64,000 bases of DNA from positions 31,474-95,473 of the forward strand of contig CAWAGQ010000015.1 of NCBI GenBank assembly GCA_963781585.1, in the 5' to 3' direction. The notes beneath the pieces were generated by a model, which was not told the DNA's origin, ran no database searches, and saw only the letters and a list, made by a program, of their open reading frames with translations. The DNA is from an uncultured Gemmatimonadaceae bacterium (lineage in GTDB: Bacteria; Gemmatimonadota; Gemmatimonadetes; Gemmatimonadales; Gemmatimonadaceae). This document shows, piece by piece, positions 56,014 through 64,000 of this stretch; the first letter of the stretch is position 1; every line of letters begins with the position of its first letter. A program made the translations under genes and the position numbers.

Positions 56014-57288
56014 ATGCCCGTCCGCCGCCTGCCCGTCCGACCGGACCTGGACCAGCTCAGGCACCAGGCCAGGGACCTGCTCCGCGCCATTCACGCCGGC
56101 GAAATCGCCGCGATCGCGGAATTGAGAGAGTATCACCCCGATCCGATCGACCCCGCTCACGCGAAGCTCGCCGACGCGCAGCTCGTGCTCGCACGGAGCT
56201 ACCAGGGATCGAGCTGGACACGGGTCGTCCAGGCAGTGGAGCTGGCGACTGCAATCTGGAACGACGATCTCGCCGCGGTCCGTGAGCTCGTCATGAGCAA
56301 TCCGACGCTCATCCACCAGGACGTCCTCATCCGGACCGACAGCAACTGGGGGCGTCCGATGACCTTTGCGGCCAATCTCGGACGCGATGGCATCATTCGG
56401 CTGCTGCATGCTCTCGGGGCGACCGATCTGGAAGCGGCAGCCGGTCGCGCGGCCCTCCAGGGAAAAGTCGACACCGCACGGATGCTGTACGAGATGGCCG
56501 GCCGGCCCGCGATTCCCGACGGAGCGCTGGGCGGACCGGCGTATACGTTGAGCGCCGAAGGCACGGCACTGCTGTTCACCCTGGGCGCGACGGTGCGGGA
56601 TGGCAACGGCAATCGTCGCGCGCCCGTCGATGTGGTGCTTCAAACGGACGGGCGGAATCCCGCGGCCAAACATGCGATCCTGGAGATGTACGCGCGCCAT
56701 GGTCTCGAGCTTCCCGACACGCCGACGATGGCGCTGCACCGCGGCCGCATCGACTTGCTCGAACAGCACCTGCAGCGTGATCCGGATCTGCTGCGCCGGA
56801 CGTTTTCGCATCGCGAGATCTATCCCGCCGAAATGGGATGCGGCGATCCGCTTGACGCGGTCACGGGCACGCCGCTCGGCGGCACGACGCTCCTGCACAT
56901 GTGCGTGGAATACGGCGAGATGGACATCGCGCGCTGGCTGCTGGACCACGGGATGGACGTCAATGCCCGGGCCGCCGTCGGACGCGCCGGATTCGGCGGA
57001 TACACCGCGCTGTTCAACACCGTCGTGTCGCTGCCGAACTTCTGGATGAACTACCGGAAGCGCGGGCCATTCGTGGCGCCGTTCACGGAGCTCCTCCTGG
57101 AGCGGGGCGCCGATCCCGGCGCGCGCGCATCCATCTGGAAGCGGCTCGGGCCCGGACACGACGATACGACGACGCGACACGACTATCGCGATGTCACCGC
57201 GCTCTCGTGGGGGCGCCGGTTCCATCAACCGATCTTCGTGAGCGAGCCGGCGATGCAGCTTATTGAAGGCGCCGGCGGCGGCGAATGA
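56014..57288 (+). CDS. Ankyrin-repeat protein
   Basis: LP.RPDLDQLR.QA..LL...AQLVLARSY...SW N-terminus; GTTLLH, LLDHGMDVNA, GYTALF, LLERGADP; AGGAGG RBS. Confidence 0.88.
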   Translation: MPVRRLPVRPDLDQLRHQARDLLRAIHAGEIAAIAELREYHPDPIDPAHAKLADAQLVLARSYQGSSWTRVVQAVELATAIWNDDLAAVRELVMSNPTLIHQDVLIRTDSNWGRPMTFAANLGRDGIIRLLHALGATDLEAAAGRAALQGKVDTARMLYEMAGRPAIPDGALGGPAYTLSAEGTALLFTLGATVRDGNGNRRAPVDVVLQTDGRNPAAKHAILEMYARHGLELPDTPTMALHRGRIDLLEQHLQRDPDLLRRTFSHREIYPAEMGCGDPLDAVTGTPLGGTTLLHMCVEYGEMDIARWLLDHGMDVNARAAVGRAGFGGYTALFNTVVSLPNFWMNYRKRGPFVAPFTELLLERGADPGARASIWKRLGPGHDDTTTRHDYRDVTALSWGRRFHQPIFVSEPAMQLIEGAGGGE

Positions 57289-57450
57289 CGCTGGCCGTTC
57301 GAGCGGCAGGGGTCGGTGTCCCCGGGACGCTGATGCGGCCGATGGTGGCGGCGTTTGCGGACCAGCTTCCAGACGAATGCCGCAGAACCTGCCGCTTTCA
57401 GCGGAACTCGGCGCGTCAGGCATCAGCGCGACTCTACGGAGGATGTCCCC

Positions 57451-57745
57451 ATGCTTCCACCTCTCGATCTGCACGACGCGGTCCTGACTGCGTGGCGAAC
57501 CAATAGTCGCGTCACAGACCACCTCATCGCGCACCTTCCTCCGGTCCTCTGGTCCGCGACCGTGCCCGGAGTCCGGAGCCGCACGATCAGGGCGGTCGCG
57601 GCCCATCTCCACAACTCGCGGTGCACCTGGATCAGGACCCTGGGCCATGAGCATGGGATCCTCGCCCCGATACGGGTTGATCACCGCACAGCCACGGCTC
57701 GAGAGCTCGGCAGGGCCCTGAAACGGAGCAGTCGCGGCATCGGTG
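57451..57745 (+). pseudogene. Truncated DinB-family gene
   Basis: RTIRAVAAHLHNSRCTW first His helix is present; the C-terminal H..HHRGQ helix is absent; reads through into the next gene. Confidence 0.6.
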
Positions 57746-57852
57746 TCCGACTGGGCAGGTTTCTACAGGCCGCCTTCGAGGAGACACACCTCTCGCTTGA
57801 GAGCAGCTTCCTGGGCGTCAGGCCGATCCGCATCACTCACTCGCTGCATCCC

Positions 57853-58134
57853 ATGCGCGCCAAGCCACCCATCACTCTCGGGGACGACACCCGCAGCAAG
57901 GCGGTCGCGTCCATCCGCCGCTATTCCGCCCACGAACTCGACCAGCAGATCGGCGACCTGAAGTCGGCCCTTCTGCTCGACTACATCCTCGCCGAGCTCG
58001 GGCCAACGATTTACAATCAAGCCATCGCCGACGCACGCAAGTTCTTCGAGGAGCGCACCGCGGACCTCAGCGCAGTCTGCTACCAGGCGGAGTTCCCCCT
58101 GTCGAGCAAGACCGGGCGTTCACGGCAAGGTTAG
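57853..58134 (+). CDS. DUF2164 family protein
   Basis: SIRRY...ELD..IGDL...LLLDYI..ELGP.IYNQAI.DA. Confidence 0.85.
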   Translation: MRAKPPITLGDDTRSKAVASIRRYSAHELDQQIGDLKSALLLDYILAELGPTIYNQAIADARKFFEERTADLSAVCYQAEFPLSSKTGRSRQG

Positions 58135-58167
58135 TCCGCTCCCGACGGAGCAGCAGCCTCTCCCACC

Positions 58168-58626
58168 ATGACCGCGCCAGCCGTGGAACTCCGTGACCTG
58201 CCCAGTGTGCCGGTGGCGGTCATTCGACGCGTTGTGCCCGCAACGGCGCTCGCGCGCGTCGTTCCGGAGTGCTGCGGGCTCGTGTGGAATGCGCTGCGCG
58301 CCCAGCAGGTCGAGCCCGGCCGTCACGTGGCCATCTATTGGAACGGGGACATTCGTCTGGAGGTCGGGGTCGAACTCGCGCAGCCGTTCGTCGAGCAGGG
58401 CGAACTGGTGCGATCCGCCACTCCCGCCGGACTGACCGCGTTCGCGACGCACGTCGGTCCGTATGACCAACTGGGGAGAACGCACGCGGCGATCCGCCGG
58501 TGGTGTGCAGCACGCGGTCACCGGCTGACGGGTCCGAACTGGGAGATCTACGGGCATTGGCGGCCTGAATGGAACGAGGATCCGTCGAAGATCCGCACCG
58601 GCGTGTTCTATCAGGTGGCCGACTAG
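58168..58626 (+). CDS. GyrI-like small-molecule-binding protein
   Basis: LEVGV, TPAG...HVGPYDQL...H.AI..W, GPNWEIY. Confidence 0.88.
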   Translation: MTAPAVELRDLPSVPVAVIRRVVPATALARVVPECCGLVWNALRAQQVEPGRHVAIYWNGDIRLEVGVELAQPFVEQGELVRSATPAGLTAFATHVGPYDQLGRTHAAIRRWCAARGHRLTGPNWEIYGHWRPEWNEDPSKIRTGVFYQVAD

Positions 58627-58645
58627 CCATCCGGCAGGCCGCCGC

Positions 58646-60232
58646 CTAGGGGCGATGAATCTGAATGCTCCCTCCGCTCAGCTGGGTGGTGGGCGACACG
58701 GTCGTCACATCGCCGGCCTGCGTGTCGTAGAGCACCGCGCCCGAGCGCTGCTCCCAGATTCTGATCCGGAGCATGCCGGGCGCCGGCGCGGCCGCGGACT
58801 CTGCCGGGGCGTGACTATCGGTCGCCGAGACGACGAAGGTGTAGTTGCCACGCCCATTCACGGTGCCCGATCCCATGAACCGCGCTTCAGTCCCGTCGAT
58901 CACGAGCCAGTCGAACGACGTCACCTTGAATGTCTCACCCTCTCCGTGCAGGTGGAAGTCGAGATTGCCCTGAGGAGCCGCCTTGTTCTTGTCGTACCGA
59001 ACCACGAAGCCGAATGTGGTCCGTTCGTTCGACGAATGGCTCGGCGTGGCCGCGCCGGATGTCAGATCGATCCAGCCGCCGCCGGTCACGGAGCCCGCGC
59101 TCCGGTCAACGACCACCACGGGCTGGTACGACTGCTCGGCGTGATTCGCCGGCATGTTGTCCTGCCCGACCGTGATGGTCACGCTGTAGAGTCCCGCGGT
59201 CCCGTACGAATGCTGCGAGGCGATCGTCCCGGGGGCCGCGTACGCGAGTGTGGTGGCGCTGCCGTCACCCCAGTCAATGACCGCGGTGTACGGCGCGCTT
59301 TCGGGAACATCCGCGTCCGTGAACGACGCGGACGCGGTGACCGACGCCCCGACCGCAACAGGATCCAACGGCGCCGACACCGGGCCGAGCACCGGTAATG
59401 CGTTAGGCGTCACGGTCAGCGCCTCGCTTGCGCTGGTGCTCGCGGCGAGCGCGACTCCTCCCACGCTGCCCCCCGCGAACGATGCCTGCACCAGGTGTGT
59501 CCCGGCGTCGAGCGCGGCGGGGTTGTAGGTGGGAAGGCCTGCAACGCCGCTTGCGTCGGTAATCGCCGAACCCGCGGCTGCGCCGTCGACCAGGAACGCG
59601 ACCGTCGCACCCGCCACGACCGGTCCACTGGATCCGCGGGTGAGGGCGGCGCGCAGTCCGACTGGCCCCGCATACCCGTAGACGATCGACGCAGGATCGG
59701 GGACCGCGAGGGTGAGGGTCGTCGCCGGGCTTGCCACGACGGTCAGGGCGGCATTGGCGGTGCCCGTGTCCGAGCTGCCGCAGGCGTTTCCAGCCCCGCC
59801 GGTACCGGTCACTTGCGCCGAAAAGATGAGCGTCGGTCCCCCGGGGGTGCCCGGGGAGGTGTTGACCGTCATGAGGGTCCAGCCACTCTGGCCCGCAACG
59901 CCGGTCAGCTCCGCGGGCGAGAACGAAGCGGTCGCACCGGCCGGCAGGCCGCCGGCGCTGAAGCTCACGGTGCAGCTGCCAACCAGGCTTCCGCTGAATA
60001 CGACTCGAAGCGAGTTGGTGGCGACAGTGCCGTAGGTCGCGCTGGCGCCGGCGCTCACCGGATTCGGCGTCTGCAGGCCGAATACGGCGATCGACTGGAT
60101 CCCGTTGCCGCCGGCGACCGACGCCGCGGTGACCGCGTCGACCTGATGCGGGGTGCGCGGTCCCGGCCCGGTAATGTCCTGGCACGCACCCAACGCGGCG
60201 ATGAGCGAAAGTGTGGCGAGAGGGGCTTTCAT
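58646..60232 (-). CDS. Secreted lipoprotein with Ig-like and PKD domains
   Basis: LGAC lipobox, IDWGDGS, H.Y.TAG.Y.VT.TV, VTGGGWI C-terminal domain. Confidence 0.82.
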   Translation of the reverse strand: MKAPLATLSLIAALGACQDITGPGPRTPHQVDAVTAASVAGGNGIQSIAVFGLQTPNPVSAGASATYGTVATNSLRVVFSGSLVGSCTVSFSAGGLPAGATASFSPAELTGVAGQSGWTLMTVNTSPGTPGGPTLIFSAQVTGTGGAGNACGSSDTGTANAALTVVASPATTLTLAVPDPASIVYGYAGPVGLRAALTRGSSGPVVAGATVAFLVDGAAAGSAITDASGVAGLPTYNPAALDAGTHLVQASFAGGSVGGVALAASTSASEALTVTPNALPVLGPVSAPLDPVAVGASVTASASFTDADVPESAPYTAVIDWGDGSATTLAYAAPGTIASQHSYGTAGLYSVTITVGQDNMPANHAEQSYQPVVVVDRSAGSVTGGGWIDLTSGAATPSHSSNERTTFGFVVRYDKNKAAPQGNLDFHLHGEGETFKVTSFDWLVIDGTEARFMGSGTVNGRGNYTFVVSATDSHAPAESAAAPAPGMLRIRIWEQRSGAVLYDTQAGDVTTVSPTTQLSGGSIQIHRP

Positions 60233-60580
60233 GGCACTGAATCTCCAGGTACTGGCTTGACCCGCCCCGGCGCCGATCACTTGCCACGACACCGATGCAG
60301 GTCGACGAGCTCGTACAGCGGCACGCGGCGCCGGGTGGCTCCGGCAGAGCGCCGTCTGCGTGGCTGACGCTCCTTCGGGTGTGCGGGCAATCGACCGGAG
60401 CGTGGCATCGGCGCATCGCGCAATTTCTTCCTCTTGCGCGGGCGCCCGGCCGCCCACCCGGGTGATGTCGTGCCGGAGCTACAACGGTGTGGAGTCCATC
60501 CCCATTCGTCAGGCGATGGCACTCGTTAGGTGGTCGGTCCCGGCCCTGGGGACGGCTGCGGGGAACCAGAGACTTCCGCC

Positions 60581-60619
60581 TTGCCCTAAACCATTCATGG
60601 ACATAGTTTGTCTATGTCC
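60581..60619 (+). promoter_or_regulatory. Promoter TTGCCC-N17-TAGTTT overlapped by the operator GGACATAG-N5-CTATGTCC
   Basis: Perfect 8-bp inverted repeat at 60599-60606 / 60612-60619, 22 bp upstream of the padR ATG. Confidence 0.75.
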
Positions 60620-60641
60620 TTGGACCTCCACTCACCTTGTG

Positions 60642-60971
60642 ATGTCACTCCGTCGCGATCTCCTCCCGGGCACGCTCGACATGCTGGTGCTCAGGACCCT
60701 GAGCGTGCAGCCGATGCACGGCTATGCCATTGCCCGCCACATCCAGCGTCTGTCCGGGGACGTCCTGCGCGTCGAGGAAGGCTCGCTCTATCCGGCCCTG
60801 CAGCGCATGCGACAGAAAGGGTGGGTCAAGGCCGAGTGGCGGCAGTCGCCGAATAACCAGCGGGCGCGGTACTACACCATCACGGCCGCAGGCCGGAAGC
60901 AACTCGGCGCGCAGGAATCGGGGTTCGACGAACTGGTGGCGGCGATTGCGCGGGTCATGCGCACGGCGTGA
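60642..60971 (+). CDS. PadR family transcriptional regulator (ADOP-associated)
   Basis: GTLDMLVL, MHGYAI, EEGSLYPAL, RARYY.IT..GR.QL. Confidence 0.93.
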   Translation: MSLRRDLLPGTLDMLVLRTLSVQPMHGYAIARHIQRLSGDVLRVEEGSLYPALQRMRQKGWVKAEWRQSPNNQRARYYTITAAGRKQLGAQESGFDELVAAIARVMRTA

Positions 60972-61025
60972 GCTGGAGAACAGGCAGTGGGCAGCGAGAA
61001 CCTGTACCGCCAGATGGGGACGCGG

Positions 61026-63710
61026 ATGATGAGAGAATGGCTCGTCAGGATCGCTGACTGGTTTCGCCGCGACCGGCTCGACGCCGAGCTGGGTGAGGAA
61101 CTCCGCTTTCACCGCCAGCAGCTCGAGCGGCAGGCGCGAGGCGAGGGCGACGACGAGGCGGTGAGTGCGGCGCGCCGGCAGCTGGGCAACGTCACCCTGA
61201 GCGTCGAGGATGCGCGCGAGCGCTGGTCGATTCCGTGGCTCGACCACCTGCAGCAGGACGTTCGCTACGCGCTGCGCGGGCTGCGGCGATCGCCCGGCTT
61301 CGCCTTCGGCGTGATTGCGGCCCTTTCCCTCGGCATCGGCGCCAACGCCGCCATGTTCGGGGTCGTCGACCGGCTGATGTTCCGGCCGTATCCCATGCTG
61401 CGCGATCCCTCGACGGTGAATCGCGTCTACCTGCAATGGAACGATCGCCAGGCGGTCCAAACGGCGATCTATACCGAGTACCGGCGGTATCTCGACCTGC
61501 AGACGTGGACAACGTCGTTTTCGAAGTTCGCCGCCTTCTTCCCCATGACGCGCGCGGTGGGGGTGGGCGAGGCGGCACGCGAGCGTGGCGTCGCGGCGGT
61601 GAGCGCGAGCTACTTCGACTTCTTCGATGCGAAGCCGGCGCTCGGCCGTTTCTTCACCGCGTCGGAGGACGTCACGCCGATGGGCGCCACGGTCGCGGTT
61701 CTGAGCTACGCATTCTGGCAGCGCGAGTTCGGCGGACGCGACGTTCTCCGGGAAACGCTCCAGATCGACAACCTTCCGTACACGATTATCGGCGTCGCGC
61801 CGGAGGGTTTTACCGGCATTACCGAAGGAAGCCCCCCTGCGCTCTTCTATCCGATCACTGCCTACGCGGGAAGTCGCGGCGGTAATGACGCGACCAGCTA
61901 CTACACCCGGTACAACTGGGGCTGGATGGAAATGGTTGTTCGGCGGAAGCCGGGCATCACTCCCGCGGCGGCATCCGCGGATCTGACGAACGCCTACATC
62001 AGGAGCTGGAACGCCGAGCGGGCGCTGTCGCCCGGCGTACCACCGGTGGACGTTGCCCATCCCCGCGCGATTGCCGGAGCGTTGAAGTCCGCCGCCGGGC
62101 CTGATCCGGAGCTGGAGGCGCGGACCGCCCTGTGGGTTTCCGGCGTCGCGCTGGTGGTGCTGCTCATCGCCTGCGCGAATGTCGCGAACCTGTTCCTGAG
62201 CCGGGCGCTCCGCCGCCGGCGCGAGGTCGCGTTGCGCGTGGCGCTCGGCGTCCCCCGCGGTCGGCTTGTCGCGCAGACCCTGACCGAAAGCCTGGTGCTC
62301 TCTGTCCTCGGCCTCGGCTTCGGGATGGTGGTTGCGCAGTGGGGCGGAAGCATCCTCAGCCACCTGTACCTCCCGGATGGATGGAGCTTCTCGCTCCTGA
62401 CGGACGTCCGCACGTTGCGCGTCGCGCTCGCGGCCGCGCTCGTGTCGGCGCTGCTCACGGGCATCGTGCCGGCAATACTCGCGACCCGGCCCGACCTGGC
62501 GAACTCGCTCAAGGCCGGCGCCCGCGAGGGCACGTACCAACGGTCGAAGACGCGGACAGCGCTGCTGGTGGCCCAGGGAGCGCTCTCGGTCGCGCTGCTC
62601 GTGGGCGCCGGCGTCTTCGTCCGGAGCCTCGACAAGGTGCGCGGCATACGGCTCGGCTACGACGTCGACCGGGTTCTCTTCGTGCACCAGTCGATGCGGG
62701 GCGTCTCGCTGAACCTGGATCAAACCGTCGCCCTGCGCCGTGCGCTGCTCGAGGCAGCGGTCGCCATCCCGGGCATCGCGCATGCGTCTGCCATGAACAG
62801 CGTGCCGTTCTGGAGCACGTCCTCCACCGACCTGTTCGTCAGCGGCATCGACTCGGTCGACCGACTCGGGCAGTTCACCTACCAGGCTGCGACGACCGAC
62901 TACTTCCCGACCATGGGGACCCGCATCCTGCGAGGTCGCGGCTTCTCGCAGGAGGATCGCGCCGGAGCGCCGCTGGTGGCCGTCGTCAGCGAGGGGATGG
63001 CGCGTGCGCTCTGGCCGGGGAGGGACGCCATCGGCCAATGCATGCGTGTCAACGCCGACACGATGCCCTGCACCACTGTCATCGGCATTGCGGAAGACGC
63101 CGTCCAGAGCAGCCTGACCGATACCCACCGGTATCGCTACTACATGCCGCTCGACCAGTATCGGCCCACGTCGGGATCCAACCTGATGCTGCGCACCTCG
63201 GGCGATCCGGCGACGTATGCGGAGCCGGTGCGGAAGGCGTTGCAGGCCTTGATGCCGGGAGAGGCATATGTGGTCGCCGAGCCATTGAGCTCCCTGATCG
63301 ATACGCGACGCCGCTCCTGGGAGATGGGGGCGACCATGTTCGTCGCGTTCGGCGGCCTCGCGCTCGTGGTGGCGGCGATCGGGCTCTATGCCGTCATCGG
63401 CTACAACGTAACACAGCGAATGCATGAGATCGGGGTGCGCATCGCCCTGGGCGCGCGCTCACCGGATATCGTGCGCCTCGTCGTTAGGCAGGGGATGGGA
63501 TTCGCGACCGCGGGCGTGGTCGCCGGTACCGGGCTGGCGCTCGCCGGAGCCCACTGGCTGCAGCCGTTGCTCTTCCAGCAATCCGCGCGGGATCCGGTCG
63601 TGTTCGCGGCGGTGGCGGTGATCCTCCTGCTGGTCGCCGGCATCGCAAGTACGGTGCCGGCGCTGCGGGCGACACGCGCCGATCCGAACCGCGCGCTGCG
63701 GACCGAATAG
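61026..63710 (+). CDS. ADOP-family duplicated MacB/FtsX ABC permease
   Basis: ELGEELRFH prefix, QDVRYALR.LRRSPGF, LLIACANVANL, REVALRVALG, second half with HEIGVRIALGA, PA.RA.R.DP..ALR.E. Confidence 0.93.
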   Translation: MMREWLVRIADWFRRDRLDAELGEELRFHRQQLERQARGEGDDEAVSAARRQLGNVTLSVEDARERWSIPWLDHLQQDVRYALRGLRRSPGFAFGVIAALSLGIGANAAMFGVVDRLMFRPYPMLRDPSTVNRVYLQWNDRQAVQTAIYTEYRRYLDLQTWTTSFSKFAAFFPMTRAVGVGEAARERGVAAVSASYFDFFDAKPALGRFFTASEDVTPMGATVAVLSYAFWQREFGGRDVLRETLQIDNLPYTIIGVAPEGFTGITEGSPPALFYPITAYAGSRGGNDATSYYTRYNWGWMEMVVRRKPGITPAAASADLTNAYIRSWNAERALSPGVPPVDVAHPRAIAGALKSAAGPDPELEARTALWVSGVALVVLLIACANVANLFLSRALRRRREVALRVALGVPRGRLVAQTLTESLVLSVLGLGFGMVVAQWGGSILSHLYLPDGWSFSLLTDVRTLRVALAAALVSALLTGIVPAILATRPDLANSLKAGAREGTYQRSKTRTALLVAQGALSVALLVGAGVFVRSLDKVRGIRLGYDVDRVLFVHQSMRGVSLNLDQTVALRRALLEAAVAIPGIAHASAMNSVPFWSTSSTDLFVSGIDSVDRLGQFTYQAATTDYFPTMGTRILRGRGFSQEDRAGAPLVAVVSEGMARALWPGRDAIGQCMRVNADTMPCTTVIGIAEDAVQSSLTDTHRYRYYMPLDQYRPTSGSNLMLRTSGDPATYAEPVRKALQALMPGEAYVVAEPLSSLIDTRRRSWEMGATMFVAFGGLALVVAAIGLYAVIGYNVTQRMHEIGVRIALGARSPDIVRLVVRQGMGFATAGVVAGTGLALAGAHWLQPLLFQQSARDPVVFAAVAVILLLVAGIASTVPALRATRADPNRALRTE

Positions 63711-64000
63711 GGCGGAGCGCAAAGGCGCGGAGGCCACGGCTGTCCTCTGCCTTGCGGCCGGCCGGCTTCCGGGATGCCCAGGGCCGGATGGACGGGGTCC
63801 GCGTTAGGCGGCAGTCGGCCATCGAGGTCACCGGGTACGGAGTCTGCTCGGTGTCCCGGTAGTGACCGGACTGGCACGCCCCCGGTTCGCAGCGGTAGCT
63901 TTGGCGCAGGCCGATTGGGCTGGAAACGGGCATTTCAGCGACGTCGCCTCGAGATACCCGGCCTGGACCGCGGGCCGATCTCACTACCGCTGCCGCCCTG

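Noticed and set aside
60645..63425. 926-aa antisense ORF and similar long shadow ORFs (21941-23698, 39183-41198, 48100-49686, 55999-57684)
   Set aside because: They lie antisense or out of frame to well-supported genes, lack motifs, and are expected in high-GC DNA.
63711..64000. Possible gene end or terminator at the right edge
   Set aside because: Only an imperfect stem without a U-tract, and no convincing reading frame.
1..64000. Prophage, IS, integron, anti-phage defence system, tRNA or rRNA
   Set aside because: No integrase, transposase, phage structural, nuclease or structural-RNA signatures were recognised.

Overview
High-GC bacterial window, densely coding, with about 50 genes. The gene families (PadR plus ADOP duplicated permease, carboxypeptidase-regulatory-like secreted proteins, kinase-TolB-TPR protein, secreted beta-propellers) suggest Gemmatimonadota or Acidobacteriota; this is inference only. 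I found no rRNA, tRNA, CRISPR array, integrase or transposase. Content: (i) scattered L-arabinose/pentose utilisation genes (isomerase, ribulokinase, araD, galM, GH51 and an uncharacterised Tat-exported TIM-barrel protein); (ii) a tightly coupled minus-strand operon at 3.3-10.1 kb whose core is a membrane protein that looks like a fused PmoC/AmoC plus PmoA/AmoA homologue, with both D/N-x3-H-x12/13-H copper motifs, followed by an exported two-TM protein predicted to begin with His. This is a candidate highly divergent copper membrane monooxygenase (CuMMO)-like system in C-A-B order and is the main finding; (iii) a TetR-controlled RND efflux operon in which the inner-membrane pump and the outer-membrane factor form one 1547-aa ORF joined by an internal lipoprotein signal; (iv) a His-rich LVIVD propeller plus multicopper oxidase operon; (v) peptidases, hydrolases and secreted proteins; (vi) several gene remnants between 44 and 58 kb; (vii) dispersed degenerate 7-bp tandem repeats, one array inserted in frame in an aminopeptidase. 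All family calls come from motif recognition by eye, without database searches.
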